Shown here in pieces: positions 7,884-16,109 of a DNA stretch of 64,000 nt (position 1 is its first letter; each line of letters opens with the position of its first letter). The DNA lies in contig CAZUUK010000008.1 of assembly GCA_964622675.1 (NCBI GenBank), positions 1,369 through 65,368 on the forward strand, written 5' to 3'. Below the pieces are notes generated by a model. That model was given only the letters and a program-made list of their open reading frames with translations, was not told the origin of the DNA and searched no databases. A program made the position numbers and the translations under genes. Source of the DNA: an uncultured Planctomycetota bacterium. Lineage in GTDB: Bacteria > Planctomycetota > DG-23 > CAZBND01.

Positions 7884-8702
7884 TTGCCACAGTTCGAACT
7901 CGCCTGTTCCACCGGCGTCGCTCAGTCGCGGCCTTTAGCCGAGGCGTTCGACGCAATCCGCAACCTGGGAATCGAAAACGCCGACATCCTCGCAATCGAG
8001 AACTGGTCCCATCTGAACCCCTCGTCCCTGCTCGGCAAAGCCCACGAAAAAGCGGCCCGCATCTCGCATCTCGCCGCTGACCGCGGCCTGAAGCTCATCG
8101 CTCTCAACACCAACGTCCCCAAGCCCCTCGTTGATCCCACCGGCGCAAACCGCGACTACAATCGCCGCGTTATGGAAGCATCACTCGACTTCGCCTCCGC
8201 TTGCGGCATCGGCGTCGTGACGATGGACCCCGGCCGCCAGGCCGACGGGCTCTCATTCGAAGAATCATTCCGCCTCGCCAAAAACGAACTCACGCACTTC
8301 GTCGGCCTCGCCCGAGACCGCGGCATCATCCTGACAATTGAGACCCACTGGCACTCGCTTGCCGAAAAGCCCGAGCACGCCTTGCAATTCGTCGAAGAGG
8401 TCCCCGGCCTCAAGCTCACCTACGACCCAAGCCACTACATTCCCGCCGGTGTCCCTCTCGATGAAACGCTCCCTCTGCTTCCGCACGCCGCTCACGTCCA
8501 CATACGCAACGCCCGCGCCGACTCATACCAGGAGCGCATGGAGGAGAAATACCTCGACCTAGACTGGTTCAAGCAGGCCCTTCAGAGCGCCGGCTACACA
8601 CGCTACGTCTCCCTCGAGTATCTCGAGAAAATTGCCCGCAAAGAAGGCTACGACGCCATCGAGGAATCGCGCATCCTGAAAAAGCTTCTCGAGCAGGAGT
8701 AA
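7884..8702 (+). CDS. Sugar phosphate isomerase/epimerase family (xylose-isomerase-like TIM barrel)
   Basis: Only the C-terminal 272 codons of the 519-aa track ORF look like a protein (LTIETHWHS, DPSHY, HVHIRNA patterns). AAAGGAG lies 7 nt before the TTG at 7884. The upstream part of that ORF is antisense to real genes. Confidence 0.8.
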   Translation: MPQFELACSTGVAQSRPLAEAFDAIRNLGIENADILAIENWSHLNPSSLLGKAHEKAARISHLAADRGLKLIALNTNVPKPLVDPTGANRDYNRRVMEASLDFASACGIGVVTMDPGRQADGLSFEESFRLAKNELTHFVGLARDRGIILTIETHWHSLAEKPEHALQFVEEVPGLKLTYDPSHYIPAGVPLDETLPLLPHAAHVHIRNARADSYQERMEEKYLDLDWFKQALQSAGYTRYVSLEYLEKIARKEGYDAIEESRILKKLLEQE

Positions 8703-8705
8703 GCC

Positions 8706-10145
8706 GTGAACCGCACCGTCATCCTCGTCAACCCAAATCGAATGAAACCCATCGTCTCTCCCGTCGCTCTCGACTACCTCGCCGACGCCCTGGCAGAATC
8801 CGACTGGCAAGTCCGGCTCCTTGACCTCGCACTGACCGAAGACTGGCGAAGCGCGACGGAAAACTGCCTGCAAAGCCCCAACCCCGCCGCAATCTGCCTG
8901 ACCGTCCGCAACCTCGACGACTGCTTCCTTCCAAGCCGCGACTTCTGCATCGCCAGAGTGAAGGACGTCATCGCACACATACGAAAAATCACCGACGCGC
9001 CCGTCATCATCGGCGGCTCCGGCTATTCCATCGCCCCTGAAAGAGCCCTCGAATATCTCGACGCCGACTTCGGCATAGTAGGTGATGGCGAACTCGCGCT
9101 CACCGCGTTAGTTCAAGCTCTCCCTCAGCGCGGCGGCCTCGACAAAATCCCCGGCCTACTCTGGCGCGACGGACACGGCACTCGCCGCAGCAGCGTGCCG
9201 CTCGCCTCCTTGGATACGCTCGCATCTTCGGAACGCAAATGTGTAAACAACCTTCGCCACTTCAACGAAGGCGGCCAGGTCGGTATCGAAACCAAGCGCG
9301 GATGCCCCAAAGCCTGCATCTACTGCGCCGACCTCCACAGCAAAGGCTCCCGCATCCGTATCAAATCACCTGACCGCGTCGCCGACGAGTTCCAATCCCT
9401 TCTCAACCAGGGCGTCACCCATTTCCATCTCTGCGACAGCGAATTCAACATACCGATTGACCACGCCCTCGCGGTTTGCGCCGAACTCATCAGCCGCGGC
9501 CTCAACCGGCACATCCGCTGGTATACCTACGCCAGCCCCGTCCCCTTTCCTCCTGAGCTCGCATCCCTCATGAAGAAGTCCGGCTGCGCGGGCATAGACT
9601 TCGGCGTTGACAGCGCCGTCCCGCGTATCCTCCAAAACCTCCGCCGCGACTTCGGCCCAGACGATCTCAAAAGAACCGCCGAAACCTGCCGCAGCAACGG
9701 CCTCACCTTCATGTACGACCTCCTTCTCGGCGGACCGGGCGAAACCCGCGAAACCATAAGCCACACCACAGACTTCATGGAAAGGATCGCGCCCTCCCGC
9801 GTCGGCCTTGCATGCGGTGTCAGAGTCTATCCGAAAACCGAACTCGCCAGCCGGGTGAACTGCATGACCCCCGGCGAGCGGGGGAAAAGTCTCCACGGAA
9901 AGACGGACGGCAACGAAGACTTCTTCGAACCGGTCTTCTACGTCTCCCCCGAACTCGCTGACGACCTCATCCCCTTCGTCAAATCTCTCGTCCGCGGCAA
10001 CCGTATGTTCTTCATGCCCGACGAAACCGACCCTGACGCCGACTACAACTACAACGAAAACACCGTCCTCGTCGACGCCATAAGGAGGGGCTACCGCGGC
10101 GCCTACTGGGACATTCTTCGCCGCCTTCAGGAAGGTGAGGAGTGA
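8706..10145 (+). CDS. B12-binding-domain radical SAM protein
   Basis: N-terminal Rossmann-like B12-binding region (VILVNPN...ICLTVRN...VIIGGSG). RGCPKACIYC supplies the CxxxCxxC cluster. The GTG start lies 4 nt after the upstream stop. Confidence 0.88.
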   Translation: MNRTVILVNPNRMKPIVSPVALDYLADALAESDWQVRLLDLALTEDWRSATENCLQSPNPAAICLTVRNLDDCFLPSRDFCIARVKDVIAHIRKITDAPVIIGGSGYSIAPERALEYLDADFGIVGDGELALTALVQALPQRGGLDKIPGLLWRDGHGTRRSSVPLASLDTLASSERKCVNNLRHFNEGGQVGIETKRGCPKACIYCADLHSKGSRIRIKSPDRVADEFQSLLNQGVTHFHLCDSEFNIPIDHALAVCAELISRGLNRHIRWYTYASPVPFPPELASLMKKSGCAGIDFGVDSAVPRILQNLRRDFGPDDLKRTAETCRSNGLTFMYDLLLGGPGETRETISHTTDFMERIAPSRVGLACGVRVYPKTELASRVNCMTPGERGKSLHGKTDGNEDFFEPVFYVSPELADDLIPFVKSLVRGNRMFFMPDETDPDADYNYNENTVLVDAIRRGYRGAYWDILRRLQEGEE

Positions 10146-11164
10146 CCCTCCCTCGGCTTCCTGGCCGTCGCCACCAGCACGTCCCCAAGCCCCATCCCCT
10201 CGACGAACCTCCGGAACACCCGCCAGCCCCCTCTGACAACCCACACCGTGCGCTTCGCCCGCGCCGCCTCCCTCAGACTCCGCTCCCTTGCCGCCGTTGA
10301 AAAGCTCTCCGCCTTCTTCCCGCTCAGGTCCTCCCAGAACGCAATCGGATTCAGGTACTCCGTCTCCATCCGCTCCACGCGAAATCCCGCCTCCTCAAGC
10401 AAGAGTCTCAGCGCCTTCGGCCCAAAATACCAGAGGTGCGACGGGTCCACGTACCTGTACCTCTTCCCCAAAAGCCTGAAGGAAAGCCCCGCCCGATTCG
10501 GCACCGCCACAACCAGCGCCCCACCCCCTCGCAGCAGCCTCGCCACTTCCTTCAATTCCTTTCTCGGGTCCGCCAGATGTTCCATCAAAGCCCAGGCCCA
10601 CACCACATCGAAACTGCCGCTGGGCAGCCGCGCCTTCGCCAGCGTTCCGTGAATCACATTAAGCCCCAGCCTCTCGCGCGCAAACCTCGCCGCCGCTCCC
10701 GACGCCTCTACCCCGACTGCGTTCCAACCATCCGCCTGCGCCCCGCGCAGGAAAAATCCCAGATTGCACCCTATCTCCAGCAGATCCCGCCCCGCCGCCG
10801 CACCCCGCAGCCGCGCCAGGTGAGCGGAATAGTCCGCTCCCGACATCGCTTCCACGTGCTCGGGGCGCAAATAATATTCCTCCCCAAGTCTCTCGTATTC
10901 GGCGAGGATCTCCCCCTCGCCAGGCCGATCCGCGACCCACACTAACCCACAGCTCTTGCACCCCGCAAACCTCACCCCTTGCTTAACTCCAAACAGCCTC
11001 ACCCTCCCCGACCCGCAAACCCAACACGGGAACCCCAAGACGCCCACTGGCACCACCTCGAAATTCCTCCAACTGGCTGCTACCGCCAGACCAGCATAAC
11101 CGCCGCCCCGCCCGATGCCAAGAAAGCAAAATTCATCCCCCTGCCCCGAAGTCTTGCCTGCCAT
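10127..11164 (-). CDS. Class I SAM-dependent methyltransferase with an N-terminal Zn-ribbon; exact start uncertain
   Basis: CWVCGSG...CKSCG four-Cys ribbon and LLEIGCNLGFF (motif I). It converges on the radical SAM gene and overlaps its 3' end by 19 nt. Confidence 0.8.
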   Translation of the reverse strand: MAGKTSGQGDEFCFLGIGRGGGYAGLAVAASWRNFEVVPVGVLGFPCWVCGSGRVRLFGVKQGVRFAGCKSCGLVWVADRPGEGEILAEYERLGEEYYLRPEHVEAMSGADYSAHLARLRGAAAGRDLLEIGCNLGFFLRGAQADGWNAVGVEASGAAARFARERLGLNVIHGTLAKARLPSGSFDVVWAWALMEHLADPRKELKEVARLLRGGGALVVAVPNRAGLSFRLLGKRYRYVDPSHLWYFGPKALRLLLEEAGFRVERMETEYLNPIAFWEDLSGKKAESFSTAARERSLREAARAKRTVWVVRGGWRVFRRFVEGMGLGDVLVATARKPREGHSSPS

Positions 11165-11165
11165 C

Positions 11166-11194
11166 TTTCAACCTGCGTAAACCTGAAGTATCAT
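11166..11194 (+). promoter_or_regulatory. Candidate sigma-70 promoter for the sulfatase-like/esterase gene
   Basis: TTTCAA, a 17-nt spacer and TATCAT, about 90 nt upstream of the ATG at 11285. Confidence 0.3.
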
Positions 11195-11284
11195 CTGCCT
11201 GTCCCCGCCTGGCGTGGAATTCGAGCCGGCCAAGTTCCTCACCGGCACAAATGCGGAAACTCACAGCGGAAGGGGGAGCATTAC

Positions 11285-13447
11285 ATGCGACTGATCTCGG
11301 CCATTCTTGCAGCAGCTTTCCTGCTCGGCTCTTTCAATGTCTCACTTGCCGCCGACGCGGAACCCGCGCAGCCGCCAAACTTCGTCGTCGTAGTCACAAG
11401 CGGCCTCAAAGCCACTGCACTCGGCTGTTACGACAACCAGCAGGTAAAAACGCCACGCCTCGATCAGCTCGCCGAACAAGCCGTTCTCTTCGACAATCTC
11501 TTCGTCCAATCCCCTCTGCCCATCGCTTCTCACACCTGCCTCATGACCGGCCGCTACCCGCAGTGCCACGGCCTCGTGAACGCCGACTGCATCCTCGCCG
11601 AAGCCGAAATCCTACTCCCCGACCTCCTCCGCCAAGCGGGCTACTGGGTCGGTGCCATCGGCGAACTCCCCGCAGTCCCCTCTTCCCCCAGATGGGGTTT
11701 TGAAGACTACTACGACCCGCTTGCCGACGCCGACCCTCAGGAAGCCGCCGGAAATTCCGGCGCAGCCGCCGATGATCACCCGACAACGGCTCTCACGAAA
11801 AAACTTCTGCCGGTTTTGAAGGAGCGCGCAGAAGAGCAAACCCGGCCTTTCCTCCTCTGGATCTCATACCGTGCTCCGCACCCTCCATTCCTCCCCTCCT
11901 CTGAATACACCGCTCTCTATGACCCCGCCGACATAATCCTGCCCGACAACTTCGGCAGCCCCGCATACTACCCGGCCCTCCGTACGGACTACTTGAAGAG
12001 AAAGCTCGGCCTGAAGCAGGCCCTCACCCCCGAAGCAATTCGACAATACATCGCGCAGTACTATGCCGAGACCTCGCTGCTCGATTCCAACGTCGGCAGA
12101 ATCCTCGACTCCCTCGACGAACTGAACCTCAGCGCCAACACCGTCTTCATCTTCACTTCACTCCTCGGGGACTTCGCCGGCGAGCACGGCACGCTCGGCT
12201 CCGGCGATCTCTACGACCCTCTCGTTCGCGTCCCCCTCATCATCAGATTCCCGGATGAAAAGCGCCGCGCCATCAGAGTCGGAACCTTCCTCGAACAGAT
12301 CGACATCACCCCGACCATCCTGGAGCTCGCCGGAATCCAACCCCCGGAGCGCCTTCACGGCTACTCCCTCCTTAACGCCGTGGACAAAAAGCCCGGCCCC
12401 GGCAGAAGGTTCGTCTTCGCCATGCTCAAGGACGTTGACATGAACTACGGCCGCTATCTCATCCGAAACGACGACTGGGCCTACATCGAGGACGCCAACA
12501 CCGACCGCGAGATGCTTTTCAACATGCGCGACGACCCCGGCCAGATCGGAAACGTCCTCATGATCCCGGAAAACCAGGGCCTCGTGCACACCTACCAGAC
12601 CCGCCTCGCCTCGCGCTTCCAGGGCGACTACCGTCCTGCCGCTTACGAATTTCTTCCCCGCCGAATGCAGTCCGCCGTTCCTGATACGGGTTTCCCCGAA
12701 GGCGTGAAGATTTTCCGCGACGTCCACTACGCCAACGACGACCCGAAGTACCAGGTGCTTGACGTCTACATGTCCCCCTTCGAAGGCCCCCGCCCCGTGC
12801 TCATCGAGTTTCACGGCGGCGGCTTTCGCGGCGGAGACAAGCTCGGAAGAGAGCGCAGCTATCCCGGACTATTCGGCGCCGCCCTCTCCAACGGCATCTC
12901 CGTCGTCGCCGCCGACTACCGCCTCCGCCCCGAATACACCATGGAAAACATTCACGCCGACGGCGCCCGCGTGATCCAGTTCGTGAGAGCCAACGCCGAA
13001 AAATGGAACCTCGACCCCTCCCGCATCGCACTCATCGGCTCCTCCGCCGGCGCCGTCCTCTCCGCCTATCTCGGCCTTCACGACGACCTCGCCGACCCGA
13101 ATAGCGACGACCCCATCGCGGGAATTTCCACCAGCGTAAACGCCATCATCAACCAATCCGGCCCCGTCGGAAGCACCCACGAACTCATCACCCCCGGCGA
13201 CCCGCCCGTCTTCATGCTCTACTCCGGCCCCGGCGATCTCACCGGCCCTGACGACCCCCGAATCTCCGGCCCCACCTTCGATCCCCACTCACCCAAACAC
13301 GGCTTTCTGTTCGAGCGCGTTCTGAAAGAAGCCGGAGTCCCGGCGGAGATCCACGTCGCACCCGACATCCGGGCCCGCCGCGACTACTTCAACTCCCTCC
13401 AGATCAACTTCCTCAAAAACGCCTTCGGAATGGCCGCCCGAGACTAG
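11285..13447 (+). CDS. Secreted fusion of a sulfatase-like domain with degenerate catalytic motifs and an alpha/beta-hydrolase (esterase/lipase) domain
   Basis: Signal peptide MRLISAILAAAFLLGSFNVSLAA and a sulfatase-fold body (LMTGRYP, LWISYRAPHPPF, FTSLLGDFAGEHG). The C-terminal half carries HGGGFRGGD and GSSAGA nucleophile-elbow motifs. GGGGGAG RBS precedes the ATG at 11285. Confidence 0.85.
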   Translation: MRLISAILAAAFLLGSFNVSLAADAEPAQPPNFVVVVTSGLKATALGCYDNQQVKTPRLDQLAEQAVLFDNLFVQSPLPIASHTCLMTGRYPQCHGLVNADCILAEAEILLPDLLRQAGYWVGAIGELPAVPSSPRWGFEDYYDPLADADPQEAAGNSGAAADDHPTTALTKKLLPVLKERAEEQTRPFLLWISYRAPHPPFLPSSEYTALYDPADIILPDNFGSPAYYPALRTDYLKRKLGLKQALTPEAIRQYIAQYYAETSLLDSNVGRILDSLDELNLSANTVFIFTSLLGDFAGEHGTLGSGDLYDPLVRVPLIIRFPDEKRRAIRVGTFLEQIDITPTILELAGIQPPERLHGYSLLNAVDKKPGPGRRFVFAMLKDVDMNYGRYLIRNDDWAYIEDANTDREMLFNMRDDPGQIGNVLMIPENQGLVHTYQTRLASRFQGDYRPAAYEFLPRRMQSAVPDTGFPEGVKIFRDVHYANDDPKYQVLDVYMSPFEGPRPVLIEFHGGGFRGGDKLGRERSYPGLFGAALSNGISVVAADYRLRPEYTMENIHADGARVIQFVRANAEKWNLDPSRIALIGSSAGAVLSAYLGLHDDLADPNSDDPIAGISTSVNAIINQSGPVGSTHELITPGDPPVFMLYSGPGDLTGPDDPRISGPTFDPHSPKHGFLFERVLKEAGVPAEIHVAPDIRARRDYFNSLQINFLKNAFGMAARD

Positions 13448-13494
13448 AGACAGCGGCCGGCTGTCGGACCTTCACGCCGGAGAGACACGCGGGT

Positions 13495-13523
13495 TTGACG
13501 CAACCCGCACGGCGGGTTACCAT
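13495..13523 (+). promoter_or_regulatory. Candidate sigma-70 promoter with a palindromic spacer
   Basis: TTGACG, a 17-nt spacer and TACCAT. The spacer contains ACCCGC-acg-GCGGGT. Confidence 0.35.
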
Positions 13524-13556
13524 ATCTTCGGAATCCAAAATCAGCGGAGGTTCACG

Positions 13557-14522
13557 ATGATTCGCGCTCTGCTTCTCCTGGCAACTCTTGCAGCACTGTA
13601 CTTCCCCAACCCCCTCGTCGCAAACGCCGCCGAAAAGGAACCTGCCGACCTTAAGCCTTTCCTCCCCCCTCTGAAGGGCTGGAAGGTGTCGGACGGCCCG
13701 ACCCAATACACGGCCGAAAATCTCTATGACCTCATTGACGGTGAGGCCGAGGCCTACATCGGGTATGGCTTCGTCAAAGCCCTGGCCGGGGTGCTCGAGG
13801 CCCGGTCGAAAGGCGGCGCCCTCGAATGGCGTCTCTACGACATGGGGAACAAGCTCAACGCATTCGGTATCTACCAGCTCTACGCCCCGCCTGACGCCAA
13901 AGAACTCGAATTCGGCGCAGCCGGCACCCGGAAGGAAAGCTACCTCGCCTTCTACGTATCGAAGTACTTCGTCCAGATCGAAGCGCTTGGCGAGGGCGAA
14001 GCGGAAATGGAAGCTTCCCTCAAACTCGCCGCCGAAACCGCCAAATTGCTCCCTAAAGACACCAGCCCTCCCCGAGAGATCCTTTCATTCCCCCAAAAGG
14101 GCCTCGCCCAGAAAAGTATCCGCTACATGCCCCAGGGAGCCTTTGGATACGAGTTTCTCAAACCCGGTATGGAGGCCAAGTATCTCCTCGAAGGCGCCGA
14201 AAAGCCCACAAAGGCCTTCGTCCTCAGCTATAAGAAAAGCGACGAAGCCCGAAAGAGTTTTGACGCGTACAGCAGCTTCCTCGCCGAGAAGGCCCCCGAC
14301 TCCATCCAGCAAACCTACATCGGCGAGCGCGCTCTTCGCGCTCAAGACCCCTATCACGGCCCGCTCGTTCTCATCCAGGCCGGCCCAATTGTAGTCGGCG
14401 TCGCAGGCCCCGCCGGGTGGGAAGCGATGGAAAAGCTTGGCCGCACCATTCTCAAAACCGCCATCCAAAGAGGCGGGAAGCCCCCAACACCCGAACCCCA
14501 GGAAAAGCAAAAGGAACACTAG
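13557..14522 (+). CDS. Secreted hypothetical protein
   Basis: Signal peptide MIRALLLLATLAALYFPNPLVANAA, a GGAGG RBS and a coherent non-repetitive 321-aa sequence. I recognise no motif. Confidence 0.7.
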   Translation: MIRALLLLATLAALYFPNPLVANAAEKEPADLKPFLPPLKGWKVSDGPTQYTAENLYDLIDGEAEAYIGYGFVKALAGVLEARSKGGALEWRLYDMGNKLNAFGIYQLYAPPDAKELEFGAAGTRKESYLAFYVSKYFVQIEALGEGEAEMEASLKLAAETAKLLPKDTSPPREILSFPQKGLAQKSIRYMPQGAFGYEFLKPGMEAKYLLEGAEKPTKAFVLSYKKSDEARKSFDAYSSFLAEKAPDSIQQTYIGERALRAQDPYHGPLVLIQAGPIVVGVAGPAGWEAMEKLGRTILKTAIQRGGKPPTPEPQEKQKEH

Positions 14523-14532
14523 CCCCGGCCCG

Positions 14533-15816
14533 CTATTCGCTGCTTTCATCCGGTTGCGGGCCCTGGGGGCCCATTTTTACCCGGAAAAACTCCTCGGAGT
14601 TTTCCCTAAGTATCATCCTCCCTATGCGCGCCGCCGCCTCCCAGCAAAGCTCCCCCTCATCAACGCGCTCCTCGAGCACCTCCGAAACAACCCGCCGCGC
14701 CCCTCTCGCTGCGCCGTAAGCCTCCTCCGGCGTGAACGTGTCCCCGCCCCAGTGCAGCTTATTCGCCGGAACCAGATCCAGCCACGAATGAAGCGCCCGC
14801 TTCGCTCCGCGCAGCGATATAAGCGGCAGCCAGCACATATCCAGATGCGCGTTCGGGAAATTCTTCGCCATGCATCCCGCTTCATCGTAGAACGGATATC
14901 CGCCGTGGAAAATGTCGAACCGCGCCCCCGGATACTTCAGAAAAAGACGCGCCAGAAGCAGCGGGTTCGAGTTGGACAGCACGTTCCCGTCTCCGTGCTG
15001 AAGGCCCGTGTGAATCTGGACCGGCAGGCCGAACTCAATCGTGCGCCCCACAATGTGATGCACCACGAAATCTCCAAAAGCCACCCCCTCCGCCTCCGTC
15101 GCAGCCCCCTCGCGCTTCTCGAATATCCTCCTTGCCTCTCCCTCCGACACCTCATCAAAGCCCAGCGTCCGTTCGTATGCCGACGCAATCTTGAAGCACA
15201 CCGCTCCCGCCTTTACGTTCTCCTCGCAGACGAAATCTACAAACTTCATGTACTCGCCGAAGCTCTCGACTGAAATCCCTCGCGCCGCCGCCATCTCACT
15301 CGCGTCGTTGCCGTCGTGGTCGGCCTTGTGAAGACACAAAAACGGATCAACCCTCAGCACCAGCGAAAACAGCTCCCTGTCTATCTCCGTGTTTCCCACA
15401 TTCCAGAACTGATCAAGCAGCGCCACTTCTATCTTCGCCCGCCGAAACACCTCTCTCGTCCAGCCGGGTCGCCGCGACGCCTCGGAAATCCTCTCCGACA
15501 GCCTGGCAAACGAATCCTCGTTTCTCGGCGGCACCTCGACGCCGTAAAGCTCCCCCAGCCCCTCAAAAAGCGCCCGGAAATACGAGGTGTTCTCCACAGC
15601 CGGCAGAAACTCCCTGTACGCCCGCCACTTCTCCCCAATTCCCACCTCCGCCTCAAGCAGCGCCGAGCCCGCCGCCGCCGAGACCACATCCGCCGCCACA
15701 TAGCTGTTCATAATCAGATCATACAGGTCGTACCCCGACGCGACCTGCGGCGGCGAAATGTGCTCGTGCGTATCAACGATGAGCTCCTTCGCCAAAAGCC
15801 CTGATAATCCAGTCAC
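14533..15816 (-). CDS. Amidohydrolase-2 / TIM-barrel metal-dependent hydrolase family protein; paralog of 34233-35528
   Basis: IVDTHEHI N-terminal metal motif, then QIHTGLQ...FHGGYPF...DMCWLP. AAGGAG lies 7 nt before the GTG at 15816. The 125-codon upstream extension in the track is low-complexity. Confidence 0.8.
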   Translation of the reverse strand: MTGLSGLLAKELIVDTHEHISPPQVASGYDLYDLIMNSYVAADVVSAAAGSALLEAEVGIGEKWRAYREFLPAVENTSYFRALFEGLGELYGVEVPPRNEDSFARLSERISEASRRPGWTREVFRRAKIEVALLDQFWNVGNTEIDRELFSLVLRVDPFLCLHKADHDGNDASEMAAARGISVESFGEYMKFVDFVCEENVKAGAVCFKIASAYERTLGFDEVSEGEARRIFEKREGAATEAEGVAFGDFVVHHIVGRTIEFGLPVQIHTGLQHGDGNVLSNSNPLLLARLFLKYPGARFDIFHGGYPFYDEAGCMAKNFPNAHLDMCWLPLISLRGAKRALHSWLDLVPANKLHWGGDTFTPEEAYGAARGARRVVSEVLEERVDEGELCWEAAARIGRMILRENSEEFFRVKMGPQGPQPDESSE

Positions 15817-16109
15817 CGCTTCTCTCCTTGCCCATCCGTGATTGGAAGCACATGTTATCAGCAGACACCTGCCAGGTAAAGGCCTGCGCTTGTGAGCCCG
15901 CCGGCCGCCAGAAGAACTGCGCGAGGCCGGAAGTTCGGCCCTCCGCGCCGCCGTCTTTTCCTCTTGACAACGCGCCGGATTAAAAAATAGCCTCGCCCGC
16001 AGTGCCACGTGGGATGCTCCGGCGCGTTTAGCAGAACCGCACCAGCCTCTCGCGAACGTCGCAGCGCCGGGACTCTCAAGAGAACACTTGGCCGGAGGAG
16101 CGCCGAACA

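Noticed and set aside
8348-8361. TGGCACTCGCTTGC inside the isomerase gene, and TGGCATTGTATCGCA on the minus strand at 7837-7851
   Set aside because: Both have a 9-nt GG-to-GC spacing, one short of canonical. The first is also intragenic.
9366-10244. 292-aa minus-strand ORF antisense to the radical SAM gene
   Set aside because: Its Gly/Ala/Val/Glu-rich shadow translation has no motifs, whereas the plus frame carries B12-binding and CxxxCxxC features.
13449-13465. Hairpin GACAGC-ggccg-GCTGTC right after the sulfatase-esterase stop, as an intrinsic terminator
   Set aside because: The stem is only 6 bp and no U-tract follows, so I cannot support a terminator call.
15964-15995. TTGACA at 15964 as a promoter for the tandem-kinase gene
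   Set aside because: No acceptable -10 hexamer lies at 16-18 nt spacing. The A-rich run gives only TAAAAA at 11 nt or poor matches further on.
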